Below, in pieces: positions 34,030 to 47,036 of a stretch of 64,000 nt of DNA. The position numbers were made by a program, and so were the translations under genes. Position 1 is the first letter of the stretch, and each line of letters begins with the position of its first letter. The DNA comes from Mobula hypostoma (Eukaryota): contig NC_086097.1 in assembly GCF_963921235.1 (NCBI RefSeq), forward strand, positions 122,762,001 through 122,826,000, read 5' to 3'. The notes beneath the pieces were generated by a model. It was not told the origin of the DNA. It did not search any database and saw only the letters and a program-made list of their open reading frames with translations.

Positions 34030-36460
34030 CTATATTTCAAGGTTAAGAGGATAAGATGTGAGAGAATAAGAGAATTGAACCAATCAAGTGTGGCAGTGGA
34101 ACAGTGCGTATGGAACTGGAGGAGATAGCAGAGGTGATTAATGAATACTTTGCTTCAGTATTCACTATGGAGAAGCATCTTAGCGATCGTAAAGATGACC
34201 TACAGTGAACTGAAAAGCTTGAGCATGTAGATATTAAGGAAGAGGATGTTCTGGAGCTTTCAGAAAGCATCAAGTTGACTAGATGAGATGTACCCCTGGC
34301 TACTGTGGGAGGCGAGGGAAGAGATTGCTGAGCCTCTGGCGATGATCTTTGCATCATCAATGGGGACAAGAGAGGTTCCGGAGGATTGGAGGGTTGCGGA
34401 TATTGTTCCCTTATTCAAGAAAGGGAGTAGAGATAGCCCAGAAAGTTATAGACCAGTGAGTCTTATTTCAGTAGTTGGTAAGTTAATGGAGAAGATCCTG
34501 AGAGGCAGAATTCATGAACGTTTGGAGAGGCATAATAAGATTAGGGATAGTCAGAATGGCTTTGTCAATGCAGGTCATGCCTTACGAGCCTGATTGAGTT
34601 TTTTGAGGATGTGACTAAACGCATTGATGAAGGTAGAGCAGTAGATGTAGTGTATATGGATTTCTGCAAGGCATTTGATAAGGTACTCCATGCAAGGCTT
34701 ATTGAGAAAGTAAGAAGGCATGGGATCCAAGGGGACATTGCTTTGTTGATCTAGAACTGGCTTGCCCACAGAAGGCAAAGAGTGGTTGTAGACGGGTCAT
34801 ATTCTGCATGAAGGTCGGTCACCAGCAGTGTGTCTCAGGGATTTGTTCTGGGACCCGAATTCTTCGTGATTTTTATAAATGACCTGGATGAGGAAGTGGA
34901 GGGATGGGTTAGTAAATTTGCTGATGACACAAAGGTTGGGGGTGTTGTGGATAGTGTGGAGGGCTGTCAGAGGTTACAGCAGGACATTGATAGGATGCAA
35001 AACTGGGCTGAGAAGTGGCAGATGAAGTTCATCCCAGACAAGTGTGAAGTGGTTCATTTTGATAGGTTAAATATTATGGCAAAATATAGTAATGGTAAGA
35101 CTCTTGGCAGTGTGGAGGATCAGAGGGATCTTGGGGTCCGAGTCCATAGGTGTATTGGCCTTCATCAATTGTGGAATTGAGTTTAAGACCCAAGAGGTAA
35201 TGTTGCGGTTCAGAGGAAGGCAGATGGAGAAGATGGCGGCGCGACGCAGCGTGCGCGCCCTCTCCGGTGAAATGAATTCGTATTTGTTAAATAGGGGGCC
35301 GTGCACAATTCTGATTTGATGGAGACAGACGTGAGAAGCACAGAGGAACATCTGGAGAAATTTCTGAAATGCCCAGTTTGCTGCTGCTGCTGCTGTGCAA
35401 TCGAGAATCTCCGGAGGGTAGGTCCCAAATCCTCAGCTTTACCTGCTGCTGGCGGCCAGGGCTGGGGTCGAAGCACTCGGCAGAGGTGGTGCTCGGTGCT
35501 CGGTGTCGGAGGGCTGGTTGGAGTCTCAAAGTTTTCGGATGACTCAGAGTCGGCTGTGGTCGGGTGCTTCCAGGATGCTGCATCGGCAAGTTTGTGGCGC
35601 TGGTGGATGGCAGGGAGAGTTTTCTTCCTTCTCCCATCTGCATGAGATCATAGGACTTTCAAGAGACTTTGAACTTTTTTTACCATGCCCATGGCCTGTT
35701 CTTCATCAAGTTATGGTATTGCTTGCACTGTTGTAACTATATGTTCTAATTATGTGGTTTTGTCATTTTTTCAGTCTTGGTCTGTCTTGTGTTTCTGTGA
35801 TATCACACCGGAAGAACATTGTATCATTTCTTAGTGCATGCATTACTAAATGACAATAAAAGAGGTCTGTGTGTCCTCATAATCTAATCTAATATAGGAG
35901 CCTGGTCAGACCCCACTTGGAGTACTGTGTTCAGTTCTGGTCACCTCACTACAGGAAGGATGTGGAAATTATAGAAAGAGCGCAGAGGAGATTTACAAGG
36001 ATGTTTCCCGGTTTGGGGAGCATGCCTAATGGGAATAGATTGAGTGAACTTGGCCTTTTCTCCTTGGAGCGACAGAGGATGAGAGATGACCAGATAGAGG
36101 TGTATAAGATGATGAGAGGCATTGATCATGTTGATAGTCAGAGGCATTTTCCCAGGGGTGAAATGGCTAGCACGAGAGGTCACAGTTTTAAGGTGCTTGG
36201 AAGAAGGTACAGAGATGTCAGGGGTAAGTTTTTTACGCAGAGAGTGGTGAGAGCATGGAATGGGCTGCCGGCGACGGTGATGGAGGTGGAATCAATAGGG
36301 TCTTTTAAGAGGCTCCTGGATGGGTAAATGGAGGTTAGAAAAATAGAGCATTATGGGTAAACCTCGGTAATTTCTATGGTAAAGACATGTTCGGCACAGC
36401 TTTGTGAGCCAAAGGACCTGTATTGTGCTGTAGGTTTTCTATGTTTGTATATTCTATGTT
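34030..36460 (+). mobile_element. 5'-truncated CR1 LINE (subfamily C), interrupted
   Basis: VPEDWRVADIVPLFKKG, SKFADDTK, EYCVQFWSPHYRKD; tail ttttctatgt. Confidence 0.9.
35210..35892 (+). mobile_element. Non-coding CpG-rich retroposon inserted in CR1
   Basis: Starts ...ggagAAGATGGCGGCg and ends aataaaa...(aatct)n; CR1 sequence resumes after it; homologue at 11200-13195. Confidence 0.8.
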
Positions 36461-37512
36461 TTGATAGGTCTTTGGCTGTTATCACTCAACTGCCATCCAT
36501 TGAGTTGCCTCATCTTTTCCATCAGCAAATACAGGAATATTGATTCCAGGATATCCCAATCTCTCATCTGAATTCCAACAAATATGCTCTTTGTCATCTT
36601 GTCCTCCTTGGATACTGGGAGCACATATTATTGATTAATTTATTAATTTACTAACACATTTTTTATCCTTGTGGTGTGGTCTTTCATTGATTTTATTGTG
36701 TTCTTGGATTTACTGAGTGTGCCCTCAAGCAAATAAATCTGAGGGTTGTATATGGTTTCCTGCATGTACTTTGATAATAAACTTACTTTGAACTTTCAAC
36801 TTTGATTGAAGAGCACTGCTAAGACCAACTTTGGCAGGAGTTAGTACAGTGATTGCTGCTGTCACACCTTTCTGGCCTTCCTTGTATGATTGTAGAATCC
36901 CAGCACAGAGACAGACCCTTCATTCCATAGTGTCCATGCCTGCCAACAATACCTATCAAGGCTATCTCGTTCCGTGGCCTACCATGCCTTCGTTCATCCA
37001 GATGGTTCTTTAAATGCTGTCTAAGAGTCCTCTTGGATTACAATTTCTTACCACTATTATTGTACTATGCAGTTAACATTTTTGTACAATTATATTTTCA
37101 AGCACCTGTACGTCCCTGCACTCTCTACCTGACTGCCCACTCTCTGCCCTGCTAACTTCTACCTCAGGTCTGGGCCTAGTCCTTGTTCTTTTCACCTTCC
37201 TGCCTTCCACACTGATGTCAGACATAGTCCTCATTCTCCTCCCTCCCTCTCTTCACTGATGTTAGACCACTTTCACCTTACCCGCTTCCAGGCCTGGCCC
37301 ACAGGACCTTTACTCTAACATTCACCACTGACAGCCTTCCACCCTCTTTCCTCTTTCCTGATTTCTGTTGATTTTCCTGGTTGAAGTAGCGAAACCCTCT
37401 GAACGATAATGTCATATGGCAGGTAAAGCTCTTCTTATGAGAACCTAATTACTGCTTCTCTGTTTATATTTCTGGCAGGAACCAGAATTTGGATCAAGGT
37501 GGTATTGTGTTT

Positions 37513-39240
37513 AGATTCAGAATCAGGTTTATTATCACTGGCATGTGTTGTGAAATTTGTTAACTTAGCAGCAGCAGTACAATGCAATACATGATAATAT
37601 AGAAAGAAAAAAATAAATAAATCAATCAATTACAATAAGTATATATGTATATTAAATATATTAAAATAGTGCAAAACAGAAATAATATTTAAAAAGGGGA
37701 AAAAAGTGAGGCAGTGTTCATGGGTTCAATATTTGTCTAGGAATAGGATGACAGAGGGAAAGAAACTGTTCCTGAATGACTGAGTGTGTGCCTTCAGGCT
37801 TCTGTACCTCTTCCTGACAGTAACAGTGAGAAGAGGGCAAGTCCTGGGTGTTGGGTGTCCTTAATAATGGAAGCCGCCATTTTGAGGCGTAGCTCCTTGA
37901 AAGTGTCCTGGATATTACAGATGCTAGTGTTCGCGATGGGGCTAATTAATTTTACAACTCTCTGCAGCTTATTTTGATCTTATGCCGTCCCCTCCCTCCC
38001 CCCACTTCCCCATACCAGATGGTGATACAGCCAATTAGAATGCTCTCCACAGAACATCCGTAGATACTTTCAACTGCTTCAGCTGACAAACCAAATCTCT
38101 TCAAACTCCTAATGAAATATAGCCACTGTCTTGCCTTCTTTATAGCTGCATCGATATGTTGGGACCAGGTTAGATCCTCAGCGATATTGACACGCAGGAA
38201 CTTGAAATCGCTCACTCTCTCCACTTCTGATCCCTCTACGATGATTGGTTAATGTTCCCTGTCCTACACTTTCTGAAGTCCACAATCAGTTCTTTGGTCT
38301 TACTGACATGAGTGCAAGGTTGTTGTGGCAACACCACTCCACTAGTTGGTATATCTCGCTCCTCTATGACCTCTAGAGTCCATCTAAGATTCTGCAAAAA
38401 TTGGTTGTATCATCAGCAAATTTATAGATGGCATTTGAGCTATGCCTAGCCACACAGTCATGGGGAGAGAAAGTAGAGCAGTGGGCTAAGCACACAGCCT
38501 TGAGGCTCTCCAGTGTTGGTCAAAAGCAAGAGGAGATATTATTACCAATCCACACAGATTGCGGTCTTCCAATTAGGAAGTCGATGATCCAGTTACAGAG
38601 GGAGGTACAGAGGCCAGGTTCCGTAGCTTACCAATCAGGATTGTGGGATGATGGCACTAATGCTGAGCTACAATCAATGAACAGCATTCAATAGAGGTAT
38701 TTGTATTATCCAGGTGATCTAAGGCTGCATGAAGAGCAATTGAGATTGCATAGCAGATCTAGGTCCTTGCTGAAGCAGGAGTTGATTCTGGCCAAGACCA
38801 ACCTCACAAAGCATTTTATCATCGTAGATGTGAGTGCCACTGGGCGACAGTCATTAAGGCAGCTCACACTATGATTACTTCCACCAGCTGGTTGGCACGA
38901 ATTTACAGAGCCTTATTAGGTACTCCATCAGAGCCTGCTCCCTTGTTCATCCTCCTGAAAGACAGCCTCACATTGGCCTCCAAGACAGAGTTCATAGGGT
39001 CATCAGGAAAAGGAGGGATCCTCACAGCTGGAGTTACATTCTCCCTGACAAAGTGGGCATGAAAGGCGTTGAGCTCATCTGGGTAGTGAAACATCGCTGC
39101 CATTCATGATGTTAGGTTTCGCTTTGTGGAAAGTAATCTCCTGTAAATCCTGCCAGAGTTGACGTGCATCCGATGTCACCTCCAACCTCTTTCAGAATTG
39201 TTGCTTCGCTCCTGAAATAGCCCTCAGCAAGTCATACGTG
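37513..39240 (-). mobile_element. Rex1/Babar LINE fragment
   Basis: FKFLRVNIAEDLTWS, KKARQWLYFIRSLK, PDELNAFHAHF, KGAGSDGVP. Confidence 0.85.
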
Positions 39241-39299
39241 GTTTGGGGGTCACAATGATGGTTTTGGACAGCGTGGGGAGTTATGCATTAGGTTAGCAT

Positions 39300-40050
39300 T
39301 TAGGGTTCATTTTCCTGTGGGCATACTCAGCAAATCTATAGAATAGTAACTATAACAGGATCAATGAAAGATCAACCAGAGTGCAGAAGACAACAAATTC
39401 TGCAAATACAAATATAAATAAATAGCAATAAGTAACAAGAACATGAGATGAAGCGTCCTTGAAAGAAAGGGTAATTATTAGTTGTGGGAACATTTTACTG
39501 ATGGGGCAAGTGAGTGTAGTTATCCCCTTCTATTCAAGAACTGATGGTTGAGGGGTGGTGACTGTTCTTGAACCTGGTGGTGCAAGTCCTGAGGCATTTG
39601 TACTTTCTACCTGATGGCAGCAGTGAGAAGAGAGCATAACCTGGGTGGTGGGAATTTCTGATGATGGATGCTGCTTTCCTGTGACAACGTTTCATGTCGA
39701 AGTGCTCAATGGTTGGGAGGGCTTTACTTGTGAGGCACTGAGCCGAATCCACTACCTTTTGTGGGATTTTCTATTCAAAGGCATTGTTGTTCCCATATCA
39801 GGCTGTGATGCAGCCCGTCAATTTACTCTGAACCACACACCTATAGAAGTTTATCAAAGTTTTTGATGTCATGCGGAATCTCCACAAACTCATAAGGATG
39901 TAGAAGCACTGCTGTGCTTTCTACACAATTGCTCTTACGTGCTGGATCCAGGACAAGTCCTCTGAAATAGTTACACCAAGGAATTTAAAGTCGCTAATCA
40001 TCCCCACCTCTGGTCCTCTGATAAGAACTGGGTCATGGACCTCTGGTTTC
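39300..40050 (-). mobile_element. Rex1/Babar 3' fragment
   Basis: KAASIIRNSHHPGYALFSLLPSGRKY...TTRFKNS. Confidence 0.8.
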
Positions 40051-40594
40051 TGACTTGAGAACAAATTTGTCAGTTTGGAGCACACACTGGACTACGTTGA
40101 AGATGGTATCAAGCCATTTTTGGATAGTTTAATTGTATCATAAAGATAGGATCCGCATCAAGAACCAGCTATTAAGGTGAGTGTTTGTGGTTTTTCTGTA
40201 AAATAAGGCCCCATTGACAACCTTTATGGAAAAACTGGCCATTCCATATTTTTACAAATGCCATAAAAAGTGCCCAGAATGTGAAAACTATGAAAATTCC
40301 AAGTGCCTAATATTGAGGAATTTCATAACTGATGACCTTTCTCCACTTTCCCAATTAGACTGTTAGCTCTTTTCATTTAGTCTCAGATTTCAATCACGCA
40401 ACTAATTAATTTCTTAAGAGCCTGTAATCCAGCATTACATTATTTATTCTCTTAAAGGCTGAAAGTCATGAGGTAATTTTGACCTGAGAACAAATTTGTC
40501 AGTTTGGAGTGCACATAGGCCACATTTAACATGATATCAAGCCATTTTTGGGATTGTTTAATTGTATGATTAAAATGGGATGGACATCAAGAAC
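40051..40594. repeat. Diverged ~115-bp direct duplication (40051-40165 and 40480-40594)
   Basis: Shared tgagaacaaatttgtcagtttggag (25 bp exact), tatcaagccatttttgg, gtttaattgtat, catcaagaac. Confidence 0.85.
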
Positions 40595-41292
40595 TAAGAG
40601 TTATGGAAAGTGAATTCCATAATTATGCAAGGTTTGTACTACTCTCATATTAGTCGTTGGTTCCTCATTTGATGTTTGATCAATGTACAGAAACAGTATG
40701 GGAAGTGTTCATCTTCTCATCAGAGATCATGCATTGCTAGCTCCTTCAGTGTCAGAGGGGGCAGACAGTGGAGCTACTCCTCACAGCTTCCAGAAATCTG
40801 GGCCTCCTGACCTTGGTGCTGTCTGTGCGGAGTTCGCACGTCCTTCCTCAAGAGCATCCAGTTTCTTTCCACATCGAAGCATACAGAATGGAAGCAGGCC
40901 TATTGGCCCTTAGCCATATAAACCTTGCCTATTTATGCACCTGTCCAAGTGTCTTTTAAAAGTTGTTACTGTACCTGCCTCACCCACTTCCTCAGGCAGC
41001 TGGTTCCATATACATATCACTCTTCGTATAAAAATGTTGCCCCACAAACTTATATTAATTATCCTTCCTCACCTTAAACTTATATCCTCTAATTCTTGAT
41101 CCCTCAAACCTGAATGCATTCACCCCATCTATGCCCCTTGTGACTTTATTCACCTCCATAAGATGAGCTCAATCTCCTTTGTTCCAGAGAATAAATGCCT
41201 AGACTTCCCAACCACTCCCTATAACTCAGTCCCATAAATCCTAGCAACATAAATCTTTACTGCACTCTTTCTAGTTTTAACATATCTTTCCC

Positions 41293-41556
41293 GGCTGGTG
41301 GCGTAGTGGCATCAGCGTTGGACTTCGGGATGAAAGGTCCCAGGTTCGAATCCAGCCAGCTGGCTCCCCTGCACACTTTCCATCCGTGCTGGGTTACGAG
41401 CTGGTGACCTCTTTGGAAACTCACCCGGCAGAAGGCAATGGCAAACCACTGCTGTAACTTGCCTCATGGGCAATTTCCCACTACATCAGCGAGGTGTGGA
41501 GGGAAATCGTCCGCTAACCAGAGAAACTCCGGATGCGACGTACCTTTCCTTTCCTT
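41293..41556 (+). mobile_element. tRNA-derived SINE with RTE/BovB-like tail, inserted in an old antisense CR1 (~40875-41620)
   Basis: A box TGGCGTAGTGG 41299-41309, B box GGTTCGAATCC 41343-41353, gaaggcaatggcaaaccact, (ctttc)n tail, TSD tttccc. Confidence 0.85.
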
Positions 41557-41906
41557 TTTCCCTTAGCAGAGTGACCAAAATTGAGCACAGCATTCCAAGT
41601 GCAGCCTCACTAGCATCTTGCACTCCCACTCACTAGCAGTATCTCAATGCTGAACTGACTGCACAGCTTATAGACTCATGTTTAAGGACTTTACAACTCA
41701 TGTTCCTAGTATTATTCATTTGCTTTTACTTTATTATTTGCACAATTTGGCTTCTTTTGAACATTGCTGTTTGTTAGCCTTTGTTTCTATATGGCTTTTC
41801 ATAAATTCTATTGTATTCCTTTATTTTCTTGTAAATGCCTGCAAGAAAATAAATCTGAAGGTAGTATATAGTGACATATATACTCAGTGGCCACTTTATT
41901 AGGTAC

Positions 41907-44345
41907 ATCCTTTGTACAATTTGTTTTTCCACTCAGTTTAGTGTTATCAGCAAATTTTGCTATGCTACACTCAGTCCCCTCTTCCAAATCATCAATGTAA
42001 ATGGTAAACAGCTGTGGGCCCAACACCAACCCCTACGACACCCTAATCACCACCGAATGCCAACCGGAGAAACACCCATTTATACCAACTCTCTGCCTTC
42101 TATCAGATAACCAATCCACTATCCATGCCAATACACTTTCTCCAACTCCATGCGTCCGTATCTTAATTATAAGTCTCTTGTGCAGCAATTTATCAAATGC
42201 TTTCTGGAAATCCAAGTATACGACATCCACCTGTTCCCCTCTATCCACTGCACTCATTATGTCCTCAAAGAACTCCAGTAAATTTGTCAAACAGGACCTG
42301 CCTTTTCTGAATCCATGGTGTATCTGTCTAATGGAACCCCTCCTTTCTAGATGTTTTGCTATTTCTTCCTTAATGACAGCTTCAAGCATCTTCCCGACTA
42401 CTGGTGTTAAGCAACTGGACTATAGTTGCCCGTCTTTTGCCTACATTCTTTTTTAAAAAGTGGCGTAACATTTGCTGTCTTCCAGTCTGCCAGGACCTGC
42501 CCAGAGTCTAGAGAGTTTTGATAAATGATTACCAACACGTCTACCATAACCTCCGTCAATTCCCTCAGCACCCTGGGATGCATCCCATCAGGACCAGGGG
42601 ACTTATCTACCTTCAGGCCCTCTAGTTTGCTCATCACTGTCTCTTTAGTGACAGTGATTTTATCTCGGTCCTCACCTCCCATTTCGTCCATAACATCATT
42701 CTTTGGTGTGTGGCGCGTGGCCAAGTGGTTAGGGCGTTGGACCAGCGATCTGAAGGTCGTGGGTTCTGGCCTCAGGTGAGGCAACATGTGTGTCCTTGAC
42801 CAAGGCACTTAACCACATAATGCTCCAGTCTACCCAGCTGAGATTGGGCACTGGCAAAAATTCTGGGGGTTAGCTTCGCGATAGACTGGCATCTTATCCG
42901 GGGTGGCGGGGGGGAGTCTCATACTCTCAGTCGCTTCACGCCATGGAAACCAGCATAAGCACTGGCCTGATGGGCCACAAGGCTCGTGACAGACTTTAAT
43001 CATTCTTTGGCATATTAGACGTGTCCTCCACCATGAAGACCAACACAAAATAGTCATTCGATGCCTCAGCTATTTCCTTATCACCCAATATCAATTTCCC
43101 CTTCTCGTCTTCCAAGGGACCTACGTTGACTTTAGCCATCCTCTTCCGCTTTATATATTTATAAACACTTTTGCTATCTGTTTTTATATTTTGTGCAAAT
43201 TTACTTTTATACTCTATCTTCCCTTTCCTTATTTCTTGTTTAGATGTTCTTTGTTGCTTTTTAAAGTAACAATCCACTACTCTTGGGCGACTTTGTACAA
43301 ATGAGCTTTTAATTTGTTACTATCTTTTATTTCCTCAGTTATCCAAGGCTGGCTTTCGCCACACTTACTGTCCTTACTTTTGACTGGAATATACTTTTGT
43401 TGAGCATTGTGAAAAATCTCTTTGAAAGTATTTCACTGTTCCTCAACTGTCCTACCAAATAACCTGTGCTTCCAATCCAAATTAGCCAACTCCTCCCTCA
43501 TCCCATTGTAGTCTCCCTTGTTCAAGCATAATACATTAATTTTAGATCTAACTATTTTATCCTCCATCTGTATGCAAAATTCAATCATACTCTTTCCAAG
43601 AGGATCCCTGACTACAAGATTGTTAATCTTACCTGTCGCTTTGCACAGGACTAGTTCTAAGATAGCATTTTCCCTTGTAGGTTCACTAACATGCTGCTTA
43701 AGGAAGCCATCATGGATGCATTCTATGAAGTCTTCCTCAAGACTTCCTTGACCAACCTGATTCACCCAATCTATGTGGAAGTTAAAATCCCCCATAACAG
43801 CTGCCGTTCCGTTCTTACAAGCCTCAGTTATTTCTTGGTTAATCGCCCCTGCCACTGCAATATTTTTATTAGGTGGCCCATAGACAACTCCCACCAATGA
43901 TTTTTTCCCTTTACTATTCTTAATCTCTACCCAGATGGACTCAACATTCTGCTCCATAGATCTTATATCGTCTCTCACAATCACCCTGATGTCATCGTTA
44001 ATTAAGAGCGCCACCCCACCTCCTTTGCTTTCCTGCCTATCTTTCCGTATTACCTGATACACTTGGATATTTAATTCCAAGTCATCTCCATCTTGCAACC
44101 AGGTTTCTGTAATGGCCACTAAATCATATACCTTGGTACTGATCTGTGCCACAAGTTCACTAACCTTGTTTCTAATACTATGGGTATTTAGATTAAGTGC
44201 CCTTCCATTCATTGTCCTTTTAGAATCTAGCGACCTATTCGATTTTTGCTTTTTACTTTTATGCATTCTACTCTTACGTTTTTCTTCACTAACTCTAGCT
44301 TTGGTCTCTGTGTCACTTCCCTCTTCTTTTCTGTGTGGGTTCCCA
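41907..44345 (-). mobile_element. CR1 subfamily B, endonuclease to mid-RT, 3'-truncated
   Basis: AITETWL, GDFN, SPGPDGMHPRVL, YLDFQKAFDK, FADNTK; highly similar to 20827-22200. Confidence 0.92.
42707..42998 (+). mobile_element. tRNA-head CORE-type SINE with 12-bp TSD
   Basis: TSD atcattctttgg at 42695-42706 and 42999-43010; A box tggccaagtgg; CORE-like tgtgtccttgaccaaggcacttaacc. Confidence 0.85.
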
Positions 44346-44571
44346 CTTCAATGATGTTGTGCACTTCAATAAGGGAAGAGATGAGGTGCCCCCACAGCAG
44401 AATCACCAGACTCAATAGCAGTTACTTTGCACAAGTCATCAGGTTCATTAAAAGCTCCACCCAATAACCTACCCAACTTTATCTTTTCCTGTCAAGGTCA
44501 CTTAATGTACAGGTACTCTTGTACTTAGTGTCACTTTAAGTACATACAGTCTATGCAATAGAAGCTGACCT

Positions 44572-44970
44572 TAAGCAACACACACAAAATACTAGAGGAA
44601 CTCAGCGGGCCAGGCAGCATCTATGGAAATAAATAAACAGTCAATGTTTTGGGCCAAGACTCTTCTTTAGGACTAGAAAGAAAGGAGGAAGATGCCAGAA
44701 TAAAAAGTATGCGGTATGGGAAGGAGGGTATCCAGAAGGTGCTGGGTAAAGTCAGATGGGTGGGAAAGGCAAAAGGCTGGAGAAGAAGGAATCTGATAGG
44801 AGAGGAGAGTGGGCCATGAGAGAAAGGAAAGGAGGAGGTGAACCAAGGGGAGGTAATAGGCAGGTGAGAAGAGGTAAGGATAGCGAGGGGAATAGAAGAA
44901 ACAGGGAGAGAGAGGGATAATTTTTTTTACCGGAGGAGAAATCAATATTTATGCCATCAGGTTGGAGGCT
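44572..44970 (-). mobile_element. Penelope-like element 3' end: ORF terminus and pLTR with decayed hammerhead
   Basis: Antisense SLQPDGINIDF resembles the PLE C-terminal L.P.GLN motif; ctagtc-ctaaaga-agagtcttggccc-aaaa-catt-gactg. Confidence 0.7.
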
Positions 44971-44971
44971 A

Positions 44972-45800
44972 TTAGAGCAGAATTAGGCTATTTGGCCCAT
45001 CAAGTCTGCTCCACCATTTTGTCTCAACCTCAATCTCCAGCCTTCCCCCATATCCCTTCATGCCCTGATCAATCAAGAATCTATCAACCTCTGCCTTAAA
45101 TATACAAAACGACTTGGCCTCCACAGCTGCCTGTGGCATCGAGTTCCTCAGATTCACCACTCTCTGGATAAAGAAGTTCCTCCTCATCTCCATTCTAAAA
45201 GGCCACCCTCTATTCTAAGACCAAGTCTGAGTTTCTTATGGTCTTAGACTCTCCCACATCCACTCTGTCAAGGCCTTTCACCATTCAATAAGCTTCAATT
45301 AGGTCACCTCTCATTCTTTTGAATTCCAGTGAATACAGGCCCAGGCATTAAATGCTCTTCATATGACAAGCCATTCAATCCTGAAATCATTTTCATGAAC
45401 CTCCTTTGAACCCTAGGGTTACGATGAGAGGGCAAGTGTATGGGTTGAATAGGATCTGGAATGAAATGGCAGAACAGACTCGATGGGCTGAATGACCTAA
45501 TTCTGCTCCTATGCCTTATGGTCTTATGTTCTTAGGGACATAATTTTAAGGTAATTGGGGAAAATAGGTGCAGGATGTCAGATGTGAGATTTTTCCACAG
45601 AACAGTGGGTGCATGGAACACCCTACTGGGAGTGGTGGTAGAGGCAGATACATTTTGGGCATTCCTTAGATAGGCACATGGATGATAGAAAAATGGGAGA
45701 TGATATAGGAGGGACGAGTTAGTTTGATCTTAGAATAAGTAGAAAGCTTGGCAGAAGATCGAAAGGCCTGTACTGCATTATAGTGTTTTATGTTCTACAT
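44972..45800. mobile_element. Cluster of CR1 3' ends in both orientations
   Basis: EMRRNFFIQRVVNL on the minus strand; tails cttatggtcttatg and ttatgttcta on the plus strand. Confidence 0.7.
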
Positions 45801-46595
45801 TCTTAAAACAAGGTTGTGGCTGAACTTTGTCCTTTAAGGAAGCTTATTTATTTTCATCAAGACTACCATGTGCACATGACTGCAAACACAGTCCTTATAG
45901 AGAACCCAAAATGAAGGCACAAAAAATTCAAACGAGTGACCCAATATAAGGCCCTAAAAGCACTGTGACTCATGCTGTCTAAGAGGAGAACAGCCACCAT
46001 TTGTACACACTCAACTATATACAACGTGTGTTGTTACAAAAATCATAAACATTAAATATTATAAAGGATATTGTGGATGACACCGAAATGAAGACAGCTG
46101 AGAAAAAGAACCCATTTCATAATAAGTGAAGTAAACATCCAAATGTCTAATTAGTGGGACATATGATAGGACTACAAAATGCATTGAATGTTTGCTTACA
46201 TGGCAACAGGGAATAAACGTAGAGCATTGGACCTGTACTTGATGGAGATTAGAATAAAATAGAGAGCAATATATATGGTATTCTCGCTGATAAAAATAAC
46301 CAGAATGTGATGGTGGTTTAAGGAAGAAATAGTTCTGGTTTCAAAGTTGTGATCTTCCATGATGACATTCAAACTGGTTCGAAGAAGGAGTATCATGAAG
46401 GACATCCACCATCAGATTTCCGAATGGACAATGACCCCATGTACGCTAACTCACTATTTTTTCTTCCTTTTGCTCTCTTTTTGCATTACTTATTTTTAAA
46501 TATATCTCTTGCTGTAATTTATATAATTTTTAAATCATTGTGTATTGTAAAATGTGGCTGCCAGAAAACAACAAATTTCACAACATACACTATGT

Positions 46596-46650
46596 CAGTG
46601 ATTATAGACATAATCACTGCCTATAGTGATTATGTCTATAATCACTATAG
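46596..46650. repeat. Nested perfect palindrome
   Basis: 22-bp arms at 46597-46618 and 46625-46646, each itself a hairpin. Confidence 0.9.
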
Positions 46651-47036
46651 ACTGATTCTGATTCTGGTTAAAATCATTAAATGCTTCTTTGATATCAATA
46701 CTGATCGGAACTTTAGCTGTATCACTGCTCTGTGCTACATTACAAAGTACTGAATGTTTAGAGCACATATCCAGATGTGCCATGCTCCGTGTGGTCTGTA
46801 GTCAGCCTCAAGTCAAAGGAAATGTTTTCTAGGTACTTAATGTACAATTCCCTTTGTAGACTCTGGGAAATGTGTTGGTAATTGCTTTTAATAAACCTCT
46901 GTCAACTGAATGTGAGCAGCATAGAAGTTACTACAATACATGATTTATAATAGAGTGATAGAACATGATCAATCCTGAAATGATCAAAGAATTTTCAACA
47001 TGTAACCAAAAAGTCTGGTCAAAGAAGGAAATGGAT

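Noticed and set aside
41293..41365. tRNA genes (also at 42707, 61765 and 4697)
   Set aside because: A/B boxes are present, but there is no complete cloverleaf and each continues into a SINE body or tail, two with TSDs.
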